Below, one piece after another: positions 35,413 to 45,065 of a stretch of 52,249 nt of DNA. Each line of letters starts with the position of its first letter. The first letter of the stretch is position 1. The position numbers and the translations under genes are program-made. Under the pieces are notes generated by a model, which saw nothing but the letters and a program-made list of their open reading frames with translations, did not search any database and had not been told where the DNA came from. This stretch comes from Anaerolineales bacterium UBA3001 (GTDB lineage: Bacteria > Chloroflexota > Anaerolineae > Anaerolineales > UBA11657), in the NCBI GenBank assembly GCA_002346435.1, contig DDZT01000018.1, positions 61,853 to 114,101 on the forward strand. Reading direction: 5' to 3'.

Positions 35413-38238
35413 ATGTCTGAGAAATTGTACCTAATTGATGGTCATGCATTAGCCTATCGCACTTATTTCGCCCTAACAGGATCAGGTTTCCAAGGTACTG
35501 CGCGTAGCGGAGAGCCTACCGCTGCTATCTTTGGATTTACATCAGTTTTATTACGGCTCATTGAAAAAGAATCGCCCGACTACCTTGCAGTAAGTTTTGA
35601 TGTGGGAAAGACATTTCGTGATGAAATGTATCCGGATTACAAGGCTACACGGGAAAAGATGCCAGATGATTTAAGGCCACAGATTGAGCGTATTCAGGAA
35701 GTTGTAGATGCTTTTAATATACCAGTATTTGTGAAAGAGGGTTATGAGGCTGATGATGTTTTAGGTTCCCTTAGTCGAATCGCTGTTAAGCAAAACGTGC
35801 ATGTAGTCATAGTAACTGGTGATCGCGATTTGTTGCAGTTGGTGAATGAGGATGTATCTGTAAGTCTTCCGGGACAAAGCCTAGCTGATGCAAAACTTTA
35901 TAGACCGAGTGATGTAGCACAGAAATTTGGAGTTACCCCTGACCAATTTGTGGATTATAAGTCGATGGTTGGTGATAAATCAGATAATATTCCAGGGGTC
36001 GCAGGAGTTGGCGACAAAACTGCCAGGAGACTTTTGCAGCAATATCTAAATTTAGAAAACATATACTCTAATTTAGATAAGATTGAACCACGTTTCCAGA
36101 AAAAGCTGGCTGCCGACAAAGAAAATGCTTTTCTCTCCAAAAAGCTTGCTGCCATTGTAACTGATTTGGAATTAGATTTTGATCTTGATGCCTGTAGTGC
36201 TCCTGCGCAAGGAAATTTTGATATCAAAAAAGTAGAACAACTATTTCACGATCTCGATTTTCGAACGCATCTCAAGAGAGTTGCAATGTTGGCTAGAGAT
36301 CCTATTATCGAAGTAGAAGCAGATGGTAGTCAATTGAGTTTATCGTTTGGTTTAGGTACTGAAAAACAATCTAGTTATGACGTGGCCTCAGCTGGTTCTA
36401 CCAGAACTATAGTGGTAGACACAATTGAAGGTTTAGAAAACCTAACTAAATGTTTATCTAATGCTGAAACAATTGCGTTTGACACAGAAACGACATCAAC
36501 CAATGTAATGGATGCCGAATTAGTAGGAATTTCTTTGTCTGTAGAGAGTGGAAAAGCTTTTTATATTCCGGTGGGACATGATTCTGAAATGGCTCCGAAT
36601 GGTCAACTCAAATTGAAGCAAGTTTTGGAGGCTTTGTCTGGTTCTTTATGTAATAGATTGATCAAGAAGGTGGCTCATAATGCTAAATATGATTATGTAA
36701 TATTGAAAAGGCTAGGACTAGTTGTTGATCCTATCAGTTCTGATACTATGTTGTTAGAATGGATTTCTGATCCAAATACCCGCAACAAGTCATTGAAAAA
36801 TTTGGCACTCGTACGGTTGGGAGTTGCAATGCAGGATATTCAAGAGTTGATTGGCAAGGGAAAAAAGCAAACAAACATGTCACTTGTACCAGTTGTAAAA
36901 GCATCTGTCTATGCGGCGGCTGATGCGGATATGACATTGCGTCTCTATCATATATTGAGTGAAGAACTACAAGACAGTGATGCGATAAATTTGCTAAATA
37001 TGGAGCTATTATTGATTCCTTTGCTTGCTCAAATGGAAATGACGGGAGTGTTACTAGATACAAGTTACTTGAATAATCTTAGTAGCGATTTGGATACACA
37101 GATAGGATTGTTGACTAGTGAGATCAAGGAGATTGTAGGATATGATTTCAACTTGAATTCTACTCAGCAACTGTCTAGCGCTTTGTTTGACCATATGAGC
37201 ATATCACCGCCACGAGGAACTCGTCGTACTGCTTCTGGTCATTATTCTACAGCAGCGGGTGTTCTATCTGCTTTATCTGAAGATTATGAAGTAGTACGCA
37301 AGATATTAGAGTACAGGGAGATATCAAAACTAAAATCCACATATGTTGATGCGCTACCTATGACAGTGAATCCTGAGACGGATCGGGTACACACTTCTTT
37401 CAATCAGACAGGAACAGTCACCGGTAGATTAGCCTCGTCAAGTCCTAATTTGCAGAACATTCCTATTAGAAGTGAGTTAGGACGGCAAGTGCGGCGGGCT
37501 TTTGTTGCCCCAAGTGGGTCAAAGTTAGTAGCCATGGATTATTCGCAGATTGAGTTGCGAATTGCTGCGCATCTCTCTGGTGATGAGTTTCTAACAAATG
37601 CATTTCAAAATGGTGTCGATATCCATTCGTCCACTGCATCAGCTGTTTTTGATGTTGCTTTAGATGAGGTTAACTCGGAACAGCGTAGACAGGCTAAGGC
37701 AGTGAATTTTGGCTTGCTTTATGGAATGGGACCATATAGATTGGCGCAGTCTACTGGCATCACTTTAGGTGAGGCGGAAGAGTTTATAGAGACATATTTC
37801 CAGCGTTTGCCAGGTGTGAAGAAATATTTGGATGAAATACGGGAGTTCGCAAAGCAAAATGGCTTTGTGCAGACTTTGGAGGGGCGCAGGCGCTATTTTC
37901 CATTACTGAAATCGGAAAGTGGTGGAGATCAGGCTGCTCGTGCTCGTGCTGAAAGGGAGGCTATCAATGCTCCAATCCAAGGCACAGCTGCTGACATAAT
38001 TAAGAAGGCTATGATTGAAGTTGGTCAACTTATTCAAGTGAGTATGCCAAATGTGCGTCTATTGTTACAAGTTCATGATGAACTTCTTTTTGAATGTTTT
38101 GATGGTGAAGTGGAAGAGCTAGTCCAGATGGTTCGTCCGGTTATGGAATCTGCTTACAAATTGTCTGTGCCAATTAAGGTTGATGTTAATGTGGGACAGA
38201 ATTGGGAACAAATGCAAACATTTAGTCTTAAGTCATAA
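35413..38238 (+). CDS. polA: DNA polymerase I
   Basis: 941 aa. The 5'-nuclease domain has LIDGHALAYRTYFAL and VTGDRDLLQL. The 3'-5' exonuclease domain has AFDTETTS. The polymerase motifs are DYSQIELRIAAHLSGD, RRQAKAVNFGLLYGMG and QVHDELLFE. Confidence 0.97.
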   Translation: MSEKLYLIDGHALAYRTYFALTGSGFQGTARSGEPTAAIFGFTSVLLRLIEKESPDYLAVSFDVGKTFRDEMYPDYKATREKMPDDLRPQIERIQEVVDAFNIPVFVKEGYEADDVLGSLSRIAVKQNVHVVIVTGDRDLLQLVNEDVSVSLPGQSLADAKLYRPSDVAQKFGVTPDQFVDYKSMVGDKSDNIPGVAGVGDKTARRLLQQYLNLENIYSNLDKIEPRFQKKLAADKENAFLSKKLAAIVTDLELDFDLDACSAPAQGNFDIKKVEQLFHDLDFRTHLKRVAMLARDPIIEVEADGSQLSLSFGLGTEKQSSYDVASAGSTRTIVVDTIEGLENLTKCLSNAETIAFDTETTSTNVMDAELVGISLSVESGKAFYIPVGHDSEMAPNGQLKLKQVLEALSGSLCNRLIKKVAHNAKYDYVILKRLGLVVDPISSDTMLLEWISDPNTRNKSLKNLALVRLGVAMQDIQELIGKGKKQTNMSLVPVVKASVYAAADADMTLRLYHILSEELQDSDAINLLNMELLLIPLLAQMEMTGVLLDTSYLNNLSSDLDTQIGLLTSEIKEIVGYDFNLNSTQQLSSALFDHMSISPPRGTRRTASGHYSTAAGVLSALSEDYEVVRKILEYREISKLKSTYVDALPMTVNPETDRVHTSFNQTGTVTGRLASSSPNLQNIPIRSELGRQVRRAFVAPSGSKLVAMDYSQIELRIAAHLSGDEFLTNAFQNGVDIHSSTASAVFDVALDEVNSEQRRQAKAVNFGLLYGMGPYRLAQSTGITLGEAEEFIETYFQRLPGVKKYLDEIREFAKQNGFVQTLEGRRRYFPLLKSESGGDQAARARAEREAINAPIQGTAADIIKKAMIEVGQLIQVSMPNVRLLLQVHDELLFECFDGEVEELVQMVRPVMESAYKLSVPIKVDVNVGQNWEQMQTFSLKS

Positions 38239-38248
38239 GAAGTCAATT

Positions 38249-39142
38249 ATGATTATATGGCTTCCGGTAGCATCGGGCATTCTTGCGGTGTGTTTCTGGG
38301 GTGTTTCGTTCGTTGCTATCAAAATCGCACTGCCCCAAATGAAACTGGAGACCATGATTTTCTTAAGGCAGTTATTAGGTACTTTAACAGTCGCTATTAT
38401 TGTTGGATTGCGTGGTGAATGGCAATTTCCTTCAAGGGACAATCTTCCTCGTATATTTCTTACAAGTTTTGTTGGAATAGTGTTACATCAATGGCTGCAA
38501 GCACAGGGCATGCTCACTACAACTGCTATAGTATCATCTTGGTTGTCTGCACTTGCACCTATTTTAATTGCTTGTATGAGTTGGATATGGCTGCGTGAGC
38601 AATTTGTACCTGTTCAAGCAGTTTGGCTGTTATTAGCAGGTCTGGGAGCGGTGCTAGTAGTATCGGGCAGTTGGCAAGCGTTGTTTCAAGGTAGGTTTGG
38701 AGGAATAGGAACTGTGTTAGTACTGTCTAGTGCGATTGTATGGGCATTATATTCCATTATGCTAAAAACCTTAATGTATCAAAGCAATCTAGGAATGACC
38801 ACTCTTAATGTACTGATATTAGGTTTATTGATGCTAATACCACTATTTGTTTATAGTGAGGGCTGGAAAGATATTCGCGCAATTAGTTATCCAGGCTGGA
38901 TTTCAGTAGTTATTTTGGGAGTGGGTAGTACTGGTCTGGCTTCGATACTTTACAATTATTCGTTAAAACATATGTCGGGAACTCTAGCAGCATCACTTCA
39001 ATATCCTGAACCTCTAATAACTGTAGTTGTTGCTAGTTTATTGCTTCAGGAGACTTTTACATTCTCTATGTCAATTGGCGGGTTGCTAATATTGTTCGGG
39101 ATTTGGCGGGTCCAGAGTGCAGATGTACGTATCAAACATTAG
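38249..39142 (+). CDS. EamA/DMT-family transporter
   Basis: 10-TM protein with duplicated EamA halves. The track ORF starts at 38180 inside polA. Met24 (38249, MIIWLPVASGIL...), just after the polA stop, is the more plausible start. Confidence 0.82.
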   Translation: MIIWLPVASGILAVCFWGVSFVAIKIALPQMKLETMIFLRQLLGTLTVAIIVGLRGEWQFPSRDNLPRIFLTSFVGIVLHQWLQAQGMLTTTAIVSSWLSALAPILIACMSWIWLREQFVPVQAVWLLLAGLGAVLVVSGSWQALFQGRFGGIGTVLVLSSAIVWALYSIMLKTLMYQSNLGMTTLNVLILGLLMLIPLFVYSEGWKDIRAISYPGWISVVILGVGSTGLASILYNYSLKHMSGTLAASLQYPEPLITVVVASLLLQETFTFSMSIGGLLILFGIWRVQSADVRIKH

Positions 39143-39147
39143 AAATT

Positions 39148-40584
39148 TCAGTTTTGGATTCTGGCAAATTCAGCCATAGGTAATACGGTAGCACCCCATA
39201 TGTAATTTTGAGCATGACTAGGTGTTCCTGTCTCAGAATCATAAAATTCCCAGAAGTTTTGTGTTCCCCCATCGATTATTTTTTTGACAAGAGGACGCGT
39301 TATATGCTGTGCTTCGTTTATAAAGCTATAATCGACCAGACCTTTTACTACCAGAGTAGTAAGGCTTGGCCACATTCCACCTTGCCAACGGCGTGCGCTT
39401 CCATAGCCATTCTCTCTTTTTCCCAGTGAAGGCAACCCAAACCCAGAGTGAAAATCTCCATTAGGACCTAAGTGTTTTTTCACCAGGCTCTGTGCCTGGT
39501 CAGCTGAAGGTATTCCCGCATAGAGTGGCATGAGTCCGCCAATATCGCGTACTCGTACTTGACCTCCACGTCGAGATATTCCGTAGTAGAAGCTATCTTC
39601 TTCATTCCACATAAGACTATTCATCAGATTTGATAGATGGGATGCACGAGCATTGAAAATATCCGCGCGGCTATCTCCTAGCTCTATTGCCATAAGATAG
39701 AGTGCTCGATCATTAGCTACCAAGTAAGCATTTAAGTCCACCGCACACTGGTTTTGTGCTCCATTTGTAGATGTCCAGGTGATTAATTCAGCATCATCTC
39801 TTACAGATTCCCAATGATTTTTCCAAAAGAACATGCCCTGGCATCGGTCGTGGTCACGGCGATTGGAGTGTAACCACCACCAGTCATCATTTTTAGCACC
39901 AGCCTCGAATGAATCCTTTAAAAATGTTTTATCTCCACATTTGCTATATATTTGTAATGCTTCCCATGCGAGTACTGGTAAGGTTATGTTGGTAGTTGTT
40001 GTAGCTCCGGGGCCAGTTTCGGCTGTTACCAAATATGGAAATCCACCATCTGAATTCTGAGCGTAATAAAAAGCTCGTAACATGCCCTGTGCTTCTGAGC
40101 ATTTACCCAAACTAGCATATGCTAATGAAGCGAGGTTTTCATGCGCATGATTTCGGATGGATTGAAACCAATATGTTCTTGGTTGACCTTCATCTACAGG
40201 AGTGAATGAATAGTATACACGGTCCCCAACTCTTTTCTGGACAAAAGGTTTGTCTAAGAAGTCACTTACGGATTTGCGTAAAACGGTATTAGATAAATAC
40301 GTGGGTCTTATTTCATTGGGAGCATTTGTGCTTTTACCAGGAATATTAACGGATTGTCCTACCCATATAAAGTTTGCGTCTGTGATTTGATTGTACGTAG
40401 TTAATATAGTGACTGTGGTGCCATAACGTGCTGCTATTGTCGATAGATTATCTCCAGGCTGTACTACGTGTACTACTTCTCCTGTAGCAGATGTTTGTTG
40501 TGGCGCTATAAATAGGTGTGCGCATATCAGTATTAATACTGATATGCGCACACCTATGGTCACGTTCAACATTGTGGTTTTCAT
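39148..40584 (-). CDS. secreted LysM-domain protein fused to an (alpha/alpha)6-barrel glycoside hydrolase (GH63/GH37 trehalase-like)
   Basis: 478 aa with a signal peptide and the LysM domain VVHVVQPGDNLSTIAARYGTTVTILTTYNQI...VGQSVNIPG. The C-terminal catalytic-type region has DDWWW, GLMPLYAGIP, GFGLPSL, GGMWPSLTTLVVKGL and FWEFYDSETGTPSHAQNYIWGATV. Confidence 0.72.
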   Translation of the reverse strand: MKTTMLNVTIGVRISVLILICAHLFIAPQQTSATGEVVHVVQPGDNLSTIAARYGTTVTILTTYNQITDANFIWVGQSVNIPGKSTNAPNEIRPTYLSNTVLRKSVSDFLDKPFVQKRVGDRVYYSFTPVDEGQPRTYWFQSIRNHAHENLASLAYASLGKCSEAQGMLRAFYYAQNSDGGFPYLVTAETGPGATTTTNITLPVLAWEALQIYSKCGDKTFLKDSFEAGAKNDDWWWLHSNRRDHDRCQGMFFWKNHWESVRDDAELITWTSTNGAQNQCAVDLNAYLVANDRALYLMAIELGDSRADIFNARASHLSNLMNSLMWNEEDSFYYGISRRGGQVRVRDIGGLMPLYAGIPSADQAQSLVKKHLGPNGDFHSGFGLPSLGKRENGYGSARRWQGGMWPSLTTLVVKGLVDYSFINEAQHITRPLVKKIIDGGTQNFWEFYDSETGTPSHAQNYIWGATVLPMAEFARIQN

Positions 40585-40594
40585 TATTCTAAAC

Positions 40595-41743
40595 TTAGTG
40601 CGTATCCGTTGATGTTTTCTCGTATCTATAATGTTCCAAATATATTTCTATAGTGGTGACCAAGAAAATCATAACCACTGGACCATATATTACCCCTAAG
40701 AATCCAAAAAGTCTTAGTCCTCCGAGGGCACCAATTAATACAAGTGCAGGATTCAGGCTAGCTTCCTTTGGTACAAGCATTGGCCGCAGAAATGTATCTA
40801 TGTTGCTGACCACTACAAGACCTCCTAATAGTACTAGTAGACCTTGCCACACGCTACCAAAAACTACTAGTGTAATGCCCGCTGGGATAGTTATCACATT
40901 TACCCCTAATGGTAAGAGTGCGAACACAATACATAGCAGAGTCCAAAAAGCCACATATGGTACGCCACCGACCGCAAGAAAAATACCTGCTGCAACTCCT
41001 TGAGCTAATGCAATGACAAAAACGCCACGTACCATAGCACGAGCCATGGCTGTTATACGTTGAATGTATTTTTGATCAAGTTGATCGTCTAGTGGACTGA
41101 GATCCTTCACTATTTGGAAAGCTTTTGGTGTGATAGGCAGCAAAGTAATCAGAACAGAGACAAAAACTATTGCTTGAGTAATTATTTGAATCGATGAGGT
41201 GCCAATACTAAGAGCATTGTTGGCAATGTATGTACTGATAGGACCTACCGTTTTCTGGACGCTAGTAATTAGCGCTTCCTCAGTCACTTGATAATCTACT
41301 AGCGGTATCGCACTTAGTAGTGTGTTGGTTTGTGAGATTGCATTAAGCAGTGTGAGATTGTTTCCAGTAACAAGTTTGCTGACGTCTTGAGTAAATTGTA
41401 GAGATTGCCTAATTGTAATATTGCCTACTAGCCATAATGGTGCAAGTAAACTTATAGACAGCGCTATCATCGTAATCGTCATTGCTAGAAATTTATATCC
41501 ACGACACCATCCGAGGAACCGCAAGTACAGTGGGCGATACATAATAGCGGTCAAAACTGCGAGTACTATGCTGGAAAGGTAAGGGCGAATGGTAACGTAG
41601 GTTAGGTAGCATGCGATTAGCACTACTATATAGAAAAAGTTACGGGTTTTACTAGTAATTATGCTCATAACATTGTTAGTATACGTCACATGTGACTTTT
41701 TTTCAGAAATTGCCTTGACTGATGATTGTAAAATTATCCACAA
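40595..41743 (-). CDS. AI-2E family transporter (PerM/UPF0118)
   Basis: Polytopic membrane protein with ...LLVLLGGLVVVSNIDTFLRPMLV......P.LVLIGALGGL..FG.LG.IYGPVV, typical of the family. The likely true start is Met26 (41668), which removes the 10-nt overlap with the upstream gene. Confidence 0.85.
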   Translation of the reverse strand: MWIILQSSVKAISEKKSHVTYTNNVMSIITSKTRNFFYIVVLIACYLTYVTIRPYLSSIVLAVLTAIMYRPLYLRFLGWCRGYKFLAMTITMIALSISLLAPLWLVGNITIRQSLQFTQDVSKLVTGNNLTLLNAISQTNTLLSAIPLVDYQVTEEALITSVQKTVGPISTYIANNALSIGTSSIQIITQAIVFVSVLITLLPITPKAFQIVKDLSPLDDQLDQKYIQRITAMARAMVRGVFVIALAQGVAAGIFLAVGGVPYVAFWTLLCIVFALLPLGVNVITIPAGITLVVFGSVWQGLLVLLGGLVVVSNIDTFLRPMLVPKEASLNPALVLIGALGGLRLFGFLGVIYGPVVMIFLVTTIEIYLEHYRYEKTSTDTH

Positions 41744-42666
41744 CCATTTTGTGATGCTTTCCAGAGGGTGTCCATCTTATCTGTTGGAAAAATTGCGGTG
41801 TTATCTACTAGACTAATGGCAGTAGATGTCCGCACGTTGAAGCTGACATCTGATCCCTCCTCAAGTGCCCAGGTTATAGTATTGCCTTGCGATATAAGGG
41901 TACCATCCCACAGATTATAGTTGCCATCAGAATCATACTTTAGGTTTACTATTTTGCCGTTATCGAGAATGCGGTGTGCGTATCGTTCCAGGCCAATTCT
42001 TAGCTCTATGTTTTCAAATGATGTCTCATATATACCATCGTTAGGAGCACTTGTAGTTAACCTAACTATGTACCCTCCATCTTCTGCAAATTGTCTTTCA
42101 ACTGATATTACATCGAGTGCAGGTTTGAGGTTGCCTATGTCCCCAGCATCATCGTATATAGTCTGGCTTAATATATCTCCATCTTTTGTGCGGATCTCCG
42201 CAGAGTCAGTATTGGTGTCATAAAGTATGTTACTATCCGATTTAAGGTTGGATGATACACTAAGGATTTCTGGTGAAGGATATCGATGGACAATTAATAA
42301 GCGACGTATACCACTTGCGAGATTGACAGGGCCTTGGATTGTGATTGGACCACCTCGTGTTTCAAGTTCTAGGTTTTCTTCTCCTGATATCCAGTTGAAT
42401 CGATAGACAGCAGCCTCGTCATTTTGCCCTATTTCTTCATTGAACACTGGAAACACACATACATCTGGAATTTTTTTTGGTAATGGTGTTGATGGAACCT
42501 CAGATGAGGAAGGTGTTTTTATAGCTGTGCCGAAAAGTGTGGGAGTTGGCTCTCTTATGGATTCTTCATTAGTCTGGTCATCTTGATTGATTTGGCAGCT
42601 TACTATGAATAGAGAGCCTAAAACCCCAAGAACAAATTTACTTGGTATTTTACGCATAAGCGCCAT
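41734..42666 (-). CDS. lipoprotein of unknown function
   Basis: 310 aa with the lipobox LFIVSC, a Ser/Pro/Thr linker and a beta-rich body. I recognise no motif. It appears co-transcribed between an M23 peptidase and the AI-2E transporter. Confidence 0.6.
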   Translation of the reverse strand: MALMRKIPSKFVLGVLGSLFIVSCQINQDDQTNEESIREPTPTLFGTAIKTPSSSEVPSTPLPKKIPDVCVFPVFNEEIGQNDEAAVYRFNWISGEENLELETRGGPITIQGPVNLASGIRRLLIVHRYPSPEILSVSSNLKSDSNILYDTNTDSAEIRTKDGDILSQTIYDDAGDIGNLKPALDVISVERQFAEDGGYIVRLTTSAPNDGIYETSFENIELRIGLERYAHRILDNGKIVNLKYDSDGNYNLWDGTLISQGNTITWALEEGSDVSFNVRTSTAISLVDNTAIFPTDKMDTLWKASQNGCG

Positions 42667-42714
42667 TATATTTTATGTATTTTACAAGCAATAATATCAT
42701 GTGCATTATCTGGT

Positions 42715-43845
42715 TTACTCAGATGAATGTTGTAATACAACAAACACTATGTCTTGTGGCTTTATGTAAATAGATTGACTAAGTGTATCACCTGCATATT
42801 CAGATTCTACTGTACATTGCATTTCGGGAATGTCACTAAAAACGAAATTTTCACTAAACTTGTCATCTGGTGGAGTCCATTGATTCCAATAAGTTTGTAC
42901 CCATCGTACACCATGGTCAACACAGGTGATTTTCACCATGTGTCCAGGGATAAAGAGACCATTTTTGTCTAGTATGCGCCCAGCAACAACACCGGTTCCT
43001 GGCAATGGTGAGTACCACAATTCTGGGTTACGAGTTGACATATAATTTCTGGCATCGTCAATTCGTATCTCGAGGTGGAGGTGTGGTGCTAATGCTGCAC
43101 CAGATTCTCCTACCTTTCCAATCATGTCTCCTTGTACCACTTTTTGTCCAATTGCGACATCTGTTTCGCTTAAGTGAGCATATAGGGCGTAAACCTGCCT
43201 ATCATTCCATTTTTGATCCAAACTTAACACTACTAGGTTGCCATAGAATTCGTTTCTGAACCCAAACAGTTCAGTATCATCATTTCCTGAATACATTACT
43301 GTACCGTTACCAATGGCTACTACCGTAGAGCCTGTATCGTTAGCTAAATCTACACCTAAATGGGGTGCTAACAGTCCATTCCAAGTCATACCATAACGGT
43401 AGTGTGAAACCGGATAATTGTTGCCTTCCAACATTGGACGTCCATAGAACAAGTGTGTTTCACTTGCAAAATCCTGTCTTGGTAATGGTAGTTGCTCTGG
43501 AAGGGCTTTCGGTACTATAGGAGTCCGAGTGGGTGTTACCGTAGGTGTGTACGTGGCGGTATATGTGGAAGTCAATGTTGGCTCTTTCGTCTCCGTAGGC
43601 ATGGGAGTAATGGTAGGCGTAGTACGTTGTGGTGGTAATGGGGGCGGTAGAGTTTTTTGATAAGCAACAAAAGTAGCAGTTTTCGCGGTTTCAATGTGGT
43701 TTGCAGTGTTTTTGTCTTGATCTTGGTAACTGCATGCGTAAAGGAGGTTTAGAACCACTAAACAAAATAGTGCTGTGTTAAACCACCTTTGAGTTAAACG
43801 TTTTATTGTTTTGGTGTAGGAGTTGTAATTGGTGTAGGAGTCCAT
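42715..43845 (-). CDS. M23-family metallopeptidase lipoprotein with a PT-rich linker and a C-terminal CarboxypepD_reg-like beta-sandwich
   Basis: 376 aa with the lipobox LLYAC and the linker TPTITPMPTETKEPTLTSTYTATYTPTVTPTRTP. The M23 motifs are HLGVDL (HxxxD) and PHLHLEI (HxH). It then reads GRILDKNGLFIPGHMVKI. Confidence 0.85.
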   Translation of the reverse strand: MDSYTNYNSYTKTIKRLTQRWFNTALFCLVVLNLLYACSYQDQDKNTANHIETAKTATFVAYQKTLPPPLPPQRTTPTITPMPTETKEPTLTSTYTATYTPTVTPTRTPIVPKALPEQLPLPRQDFASETHLFYGRPMLEGNNYPVSHYRYGMTWNGLLAPHLGVDLANDTGSTVVAIGNGTVMYSGNDDTELFGFRNEFYGNLVVLSLDQKWNDRQVYALYAHLSETDVAIGQKVVQGDMIGKVGESGAALAPHLHLEIRIDDARNYMSTRNPELWYSPLPGTGVVAGRILDKNGLFIPGHMVKITCVDHGVRWVQTYWNQWTPPDDKFSENFVFSDIPEMQCTVESEYAGDTLSQSIYIKPQDIVFVVLQHSSE

Positions 43846-44981
43846 GTTAAAGGTGGATTAACATTTACAAATTCTATCCAATTCAGTATATCTGGTAATA
43901 TAGTGATGTCCTGTCTTTGAATAGTTTTTCCTGTGTTGATTCCAACAGTATATATGCCGGGAGGCAAATCAGCCAATGCAAAATTTTCGCCCAGAAGTTC
44001 GTCTGGGTTTACCGGGCCTTCAGCATATGTGGTTAAGTATCGACGCACAGGACTAATATCAGTCTCATCTAATTTCTTGGAAATCACTGTAATATTCACT
44101 AGTGGAATAAGTTTGCCTTCGTTGTCTGTTATTCTACCAGCTAGTGTACCCCAGTCGGGGTATGGGCGTATCCACAACTCTGGATTTCTTGTTGAAAGAT
44201 AATCATTATGTCCAACTCGTATTTCCATGTGCAAATGACTACCACCTTTAGCTACTCCTGCCCCTCCCACAGTTCCTAGTATTGTTCCCGTTTCTACGGT
44301 TTGTCCCTTCGAAACTAGAATAGTATCAAGATGACCGTAGAGGACAAAAACCGGCTGATGTAGAAAATGATTGAATGTATGGACAATAATGGCTCGGCCA
44401 TAAAAATCTTTTGTCGGACCTAATTTAGAATAATAATCACTACCTGCAAAAACAACCTTGCCAGATATTGTAGACTTGATTGGTGTGCCTAATGAATTGA
44501 CGAAATCTACACCATGATGCACTCTTAATGTTCCTCCTTGTGTAGACCCATATCTATATGTTGGTATGACGTAGTCATTGTATTCGTCTGAGATTGGGCG
44601 ACTCAGCCAGAAATGAGGATCAGGCAGGTTAGATATCGGCGAGTAGATCGGTACTATAGTGCTTGTGGCGCTATAATCTCGCGTGGGAAACATAGTAGGT
44701 GTGGCAGTATTAGTTGGTGTGGATGTCGACGTATTAGTAGGAGTTGAAGTTGGTGTCATAGTAATAGTGTTTGTGGGACTGATGGTTGTATTAGTAGCTG
44801 TGTTTGTAAATGTGGCACTAGCATATCTTACTTCCGGGGGCCGGAGTGTTGAATTGGGTTGTAGATTGGGTTGACTACAAGACGTGAAGTTCAATATAAG
44901 TAATGTAGTACATATCTTAAACCAGTTTGAACTCATGGATGGTAGATGTACATTGTGTGTATGAGACTTTGGATTACGCAC
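43803..44981 (-). CDS. M23-family metallopeptidase lipoprotein, tandem paralog
   Basis: 392 aa with the lipobox NFTSC and the linker TPTSTPTNTSTSTPTNTATPT. The M23 motifs are HHGVDF and SHLHMEI. It shares the STRNPELW block and has GRITDNEGKLIPLVNITV. The start may be Met16 (44936). Confidence 0.85.
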   Translation of the reverse strand: MRNPKSHTHNVHLPSMSSNWFKICTTLLILNFTSCSQPNLQPNSTLRPPEVRYASATFTNTATNTTISPTNTITMTPTSTPTNTSTSTPTNTATPTMFPTRDYSATSTIVPIYSPISNLPDPHFWLSRPISDEYNDYVIPTYRYGSTQGGTLRVHHGVDFVNSLGTPIKSTISGKVVFAGSDYYSKLGPTKDFYGRAIIVHTFNHFLHQPVFVLYGHLDTILVSKGQTVETGTILGTVGGAGVAKGGSHLHMEIRVGHNDYLSTRNPELWIRPYPDWGTLAGRITDNEGKLIPLVNITVISKKLDETDISPVRRYLTTYAEGPVNPDELLGENFALADLPPGIYTVGINTGKTIQRQDITILPDILNWIEFVNVNPPLTWTPTPITTPTPKQ

Positions 44982-45065
44982 GTGAGTAATACGGAAATTC
45001 TATCAGATTATTTAGAGCAGTATTTGTATAATTATACACTTAGTGATGCGGTAGAATATTAATTA

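Noticed and set aside
43803-43845. A 43-nt overlap between the two M23 paralogs, considered as a possible frameshifted fusion or pseudogene.
   Set aside because: The genes are in different frames and each has its own signal peptide and lipobox and a complete M23 motif set. The overlap more likely reflects an over-extended start for the downstream gene.
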